A stretch of DNA of 64,000 bases from Alphaproteobacteria bacterium (GTDB lineage Bacteria; Pseudomonadota; Alphaproteobacteria; SP197). The notes below the pieces were generated by a model. It was given only the letters and a program-made list of their open reading frames with translations. It was not told the DNA's origin and did no database searches. Made by a program: the position numbers and the translations under genes. Shown in pieces: positions 60,233 through 64,000 of the stretch; within the stretch, counting starts at the first letter, position 1, and the number at the start of each line of letters is the position of its first letter. The stretch lies in assembly GCA_965228895.1 (NCBI GenBank), contig OZ245842.1:1472001-1536000 (forward strand), written 5' to 3'.

Positions 60233-61054
60233 ATGCGCCTGATCAGTGTTGCCGCTGTCTTGCTTGCGTTGATCGCATCGGGATGCCAGTCACAGGTGCC
60301 GATGCCGGCGACCTATGATCTGACCTACCAGCAGAAGATGCAGGCTGCCTATCACTGGCAGGTCCTGGCGCGCGATCTGGCCGCCCAGGTCGACCTGCGC
60401 ATGACCGAGCGCGAGCTGCCGCCCCTGGTCTATGTCGAGGGCGATGGTGGCGGGACGGCCTTTGACGAGGCTTTCCACGACATGATGATCACGGAACTGG
60501 TCGACCGGGGTTATCAGGTCTATGGCATCGAAACCTCGGAGACCACGACAGTCTCTTACAAGACCCAGGTCGTGCAGCACGCACCGGGCCGCTGGGTCCG
60601 GCCGCCGGTCGGGACGTTCGCGGCGCTGGGGGCAGGCATTCTGGCCGTGCGCGAAATCATCGTCGCCGACGTGTCGACGGCAGCCGTCGTCGGCGGCGTC
60701 GCAGTCGCTGCGGCGGCGGCAGAAATGGGCGCGGGTTCGGTGACCTCGCTCAGCGACACCGAGGTCATTATCACCACGTCCTTGGTGCGTAACGGCAGCT
60801 ATCTCGCCCGTTACAGCGACATCTACTATGTGCCCGATAACGATGCCGAGCACTACGATGTGGTCTTGGCCGAAGCCGAGCTGGCGCCCGGCAACACCTT
60901 CATTATCAATTACGATTCCTACGAACGCTCGCTTCATGATGTGCGCCTTGAAGCGATCGATCGCTGTGCCCGGTCGGATCAGTTGGCCGAACTGATCGCG
61001 CGCGATTTCGGCCAGCGCATGCATACCGCGGAGTTCCGCTGCTACCGCGTCTAG
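60233..61054 (+). CDS. Hypothetical lipoprotein
   Basis: Lipobox IASG-C; QQKMQAAYHWQVLA; internal hydrophobic hairpin; Cys pair in the C-terminal domain. Confidence 0.75.
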   Translation: MRLISVAAVLLALIASGCQSQVPMPATYDLTYQQKMQAAYHWQVLARDLAAQVDLRMTERELPPLVYVEGDGGGTAFDEAFHDMMITELVDRGYQVYGIETSETTTVSYKTQVVQHAPGRWVRPPVGTFAALGAGILAVREIIVADVSTAAVVGGVAVAAAAAEMGAGSVTSLSDTEVIITTSLVRNGSYLARYSDIYYVPDNDAEHYDVVLAEAELAPGNTFIINYDSYERSLHDVRLEAIDRCARSDQLAELIARDFGQRMHTAEFRCYRV

Positions 61055-61264
61055 CTGATCGGCGGAACTTGATCCAAACGGTCCTGGCGAACGCCATGCA
61101 TTGAAGACCCTTGATGACGCGTCGTGGTGATAGACGCCGCGATGCCCCTGGCGCGCAAGTGACTTTTCACGCCCGCGGTTTCCTGCAAGGATACATCGTA
61201 GAGCGCCTGCCAATTCACCAATCACGCCAGACAGGCGCATGCCATCACATCCTGGGAGAACGCG

Positions 61265-62380
61265 ATGAAGAAAATGGGAATAAACGAGTTTCAGGACAAA
61301 CTCTTCACCGGAAAGCTCAACCGCCGCCAAGCTCTTACAGTTTTGGGCTCTGTTGGCGTTATGGCGTCGGTCATGACACCTCGCGGCCTGCGCGCCGCCC
61401 AGCAGCCGCTTGTCCTCGAGTGGAGCGGTTACGAGCTGCCTGAGCTTTATCCTCCTTACTTCAAAGCCCATGGCGAGCCAGAATTTTCATTTTTCTCGTC
61501 CGAGCAAGAAATGGCAACCAAGGTTCGCAACGGGTTCCCGGCCGATATCACGCATCCGTGCGCTGAAAGCTGGAGCCGTATGTCGGATGCCGGCCTGTTA
61601 AAGCCTATTGACGTCAGTCGGTTGTCGAACTGGAACGACGTGTTTGCCGGCCTGCGCGACCATCACGCGATCCGAGACGCGGAAGGCAATGTCATGATGT
61701 TGCCGGCTGACTGGGGCAACAGCTCGATCGTCTATCGGACGGATCTCTACGAAGGCGAAGAAAGCTGGTGCATGTTGTTTGACGAGCGCTACGAGGGACG
61801 TCTGTCGAGTTTTGACAGCGAGAGCTCCGTTCTGGTTGCCGGGCTCTGTCAGGGATTCGGCGAAGAATCGTTCAACATGACCGATGAAATGCTCACCGAA
61901 ATTCGGCCCCTTGTGGAGAAACAGGCACGCCTTGTCCGGTTCTACTGGGGTGACCAGACGGAAATCGAAAACGCCTTGGCGTCCGGCGAAATCGTCGCGG
62001 CCTACGCGTGGAACTCGGCGGTCAAAACGCTCAAGGAGCAAGGCATACCAGTTGCCTATGCCGTGCCCAAGGAAGGTATTCTGAATTGGTTGTGTGGTCT
62101 GTCGATCACCACGGTCGGAACCGGTGATGAAGACCTCATCTACGAGTACCTTGATGCATGGCTTGATCCAGAGGCCGGCAAATTCCTGATCGAAGACTAT
62201 GGCTATGGCCATTCGAACGCGGTCTCGTTCGAAGTCGCCGATCCGGAATTGGTTGCCGCGCTTGGCTTCCCGGCCAATCCGGTCGAGATGCTGGACGACG
62301 GAATCATGTTCCAGCCCTATGATCCACAGGTGCTTCAAAACATGGTCAACATGTTTGACGAGATCAAAATCGGAATTTGA
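61265..62380 (+). CDS. Polyamine/amine ABC substrate-binding protein (PotD/PotF-like), Tat signal
   Basis: NRRQAL; WSGY, LKPID..RL.NW, ESW..LFD, LASGE...A.AWN, PKEG...W. Confidence 0.88.
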   Translation: MKKMGINEFQDKLFTGKLNRRQALTVLGSVGVMASVMTPRGLRAAQQPLVLEWSGYELPELYPPYFKAHGEPEFSFFSSEQEMATKVRNGFPADITHPCAESWSRMSDAGLLKPIDVSRLSNWNDVFAGLRDHHAIRDAEGNVMMLPADWGNSSIVYRTDLYEGEESWCMLFDERYEGRLSSFDSESSVLVAGLCQGFGEESFNMTDEMLTEIRPLVEKQARLVRFYWGDQTEIENALASGEIVAAYAWNSAVKTLKEQGIPVAYAVPKEGILNWLCGLSITTVGTGDEDLIYEYLDAWLDPEAGKFLIEDYGYGHSNAVSFEVADPELVAALGFPANPVEMLDDGIMFQPYDPQVLQNMVNMFDEIKIGI

Positions 62381-62394
62381 TCCGTTATGGTCGC

Positions 62395-62427
62395 GGCCGG
62401 AGGTGGGTTTTCATCCTATCTCCGGCC
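62395..62427 (+). terminator. Hairpin after the binding-protein gene (mRNA stabiliser or partial terminator)
   Basis: GGCCGGAGGTGGG-ttttcat-CCTATCTCCGGCC. Confidence 0.55.
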
Positions 62428-62651
62428 TTCTCCTGCCGGTGATCGGTTGCGAAGAGCCATTTCTGGGTGAATTTCGCGGTGTTTGGCCGGACCGCGTAAC
62501 ATCAGATAGGAGCCGGTGAAGTTGGCAAGAGGCTTTTCAACACATCGGCTGGTGTGTATGACTAATAGTAAGTGGGTCCGCGCCAAGGGCATGACGATTT
62601 GGGAGGCGGATGGGGCCCCGTATCTGGGAACAGGACCAAGAGGTACGGCCC

Positions 62652-63584
62652 ATGGCTGACCAAACGCATTCGATGGGGGCGGGCACCGCTGATTACGGCG
62701 GATCGCTGGGTTTCCGTATCCGCTCCGTGTTTTTGAAGTACGAATGGCTGCGCGGCTACACGCTGATGTCACCGACGTTGTTGGTGATGATCTTGCTGAT
62801 GTGCGTGCCGCTGTTCACGCTTGTGACCTACAGTTTCTGGACCCAGAACTACCTGGACATCGACACGACCCCGACGCTGGACAACTATCACGCCTTTTTC
62901 CAGAAGCCGATTTATGTGGCGTTGATGATGAAGTCGATCCGGATGTCGCTTTATTGCACCTTCGCGACGCTGATCCTGGCCTACCCGATGGCGTACTTCA
63001 TCGCCTTCAAGGTGAAGAAGAACAAGCTGGTGTGGCTGATCCTGATCACGGTTCCGTTCTGGACCAGCTACCTGCTTCGGGTCTTCGCGTGGAAGGTGAT
63101 CCTGGGCTATAACGGCGTCATCAATTCCGGTCTGATCAGCCTGGGTCTTCTGGAGGAACCGCTTCAGTTCCTGCTCTATAACCCAACGGCGGTGGTGTTG
63201 ACGCTGGCCCATGCGTGGGCGGCGTTCGCTATCCTGCCGATCTATGTGTCGCTGGAGAAGATAGACAGATCGCTGCTCGAAGCGGCGACCGACCTCGGCG
63301 ACACCCCGGGCGAGAGGTTCTGGCGTGTGACCTGGCCCCTATCGATACCCGGCGTTATCGCGGCCGGCCTGCTGGTCTTCATTCCAACCGTGGGCGACTA
63401 CGTGACGCCCAAGCTGGTGGGCGGAACGACCGGCATCATGATTGGCAACATCGTGCAGTCGCAGTTCGGTAAGGCGAACAACTGGCCCATGGGGGCGGCG
63501 CTGTCCGTCATCTCCATGATCCTGATAGCGACACTGGTGGTGACCTTCATTGCCACAATGACGCGCGGGAGGGCTAAGTCCTGA
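62652..63584 (+). CDS. Polyamine ABC permease (PotB-like)
   Basis: PFWTSYLLR..AW, LLEAATDLG, GDYVTPKLVGG, NWPMGAAL. Confidence 0.92.
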   Translation: MADQTHSMGAGTADYGGSLGFRIRSVFLKYEWLRGYTLMSPTLLVMILLMCVPLFTLVTYSFWTQNYLDIDTTPTLDNYHAFFQKPIYVALMMKSIRMSLYCTFATLILAYPMAYFIAFKVKKNKLVWLILITVPFWTSYLLRVFAWKVILGYNGVINSGLISLGLLEEPLQFLLYNPTAVVLTLAHAWAAFAILPIYVSLEKIDRSLLEAATDLGDTPGERFWRVTWPLSIPGVIAAGLLVFIPTVGDYVTPKLVGGTTGIMIGNIVQSQFGKANNWPMGAALSVISMILIATLVVTFIATMTRGRAKS

Positions 63585-64000
63585 TGTCGGATACAACGAA
63601 CACCGACGCCACTGCGTCGGAAGGCAACGAGGAACGCGCGGCGGGGACGCCGGGCCACGTTCAGGGCAAACACGAGGGTTATCATTGGTCGGGAGAAGCA
63701 CCGCTGTTCATCTATGCGGTGTTCTATCTCTCGTTTCTCTATATCCCCGTTCTGTTTCTGCCGCTCTTCTCGTTCAACGACTCGATCTATGTCGCATTCC
63801 CGCTGAAGGGCTTCACGGTCCAGTGGTATGGCGACATGCTGGACAACCCGGCCTTGACCCAGGCGCTGTGGAACAGCGTCAAGGTCGGTGTCGGGGTCTC
63901 GATTGTGGCGACGTTCTTCGGCATTTTCGCGGCCAAGGCGATGACGCGCTATCACATGCCGGGCAAGGGCCCGCTGACCAGCTTCATCATGCTGCCGCTG
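63584..64000 (+). CDS. Polyamine ABC permease (PotC-like), runs off the window
   Basis: Manual read from the TGATG overlap: ...FLYIPVLFLPLFSFNDS...FPLKGFT.QWY...NSVKVG. Confidence 0.88.
   Translation, partial: MSDTTNTDATASEGNEERAAGTPGHVQGKHEGYHWSGEAPLFIYAVFYLSFLYIPVLFLPLFSFNDSIYVAFPLKGFTVQWYGDMLDNPALTQALWNSVKVGVGVSIVATFFGIFAAKAMTRYHMPGKGPLTSFIMLPL

Overview
GC-rich bacterial chromosomal segment, most likely alphaproteobacterial (groESL with a CIRCE operator and sigma32-type promoter, divergent usg gene, alphaproteobacterial-type palindromic repeat). It is densely coding, with about 60 genes. I saw no rRNA, tRNA, CRISPR array, transposase, integrase or phage gene. Most genes concern uptake and catabolism of small N-containing or acylated compounds: acoABC, a CntA/choline-monooxygenase-like Rieske oxygenase, two CocE/NonD hydrolases, a peptide/opine ABC system, a flavin amine oxidase, an enolase-family epimerase, a GcvT-type dehydrogenase, a DMFase-like pair plus kinase, and a polyamine ABC system. 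There are also alkylation-repair genes (AlkA, AlkC) and housekeeping genes. Best candidates for undescribed biology: (i) an exported DUF62/SAM-halogenase-fold protein with a non-canonical active-site motif; (ii) a Tat-ferritin-like/cytochrome c/ECF sigma/cupin anti-sigma module; (iii) a DMFase-like amidase coupled to a kinase; (iv) an ASCH-phosphatase fusion; (v) a twice-repeated palindrome that may be the operator of a CGNR/ABATE protein; (vi) two multi-hairpin sRNA candidates. All family assignments come from motif recognition by eye, not database searches, and several start codons were re-chosen from RBS position or gene overlap.
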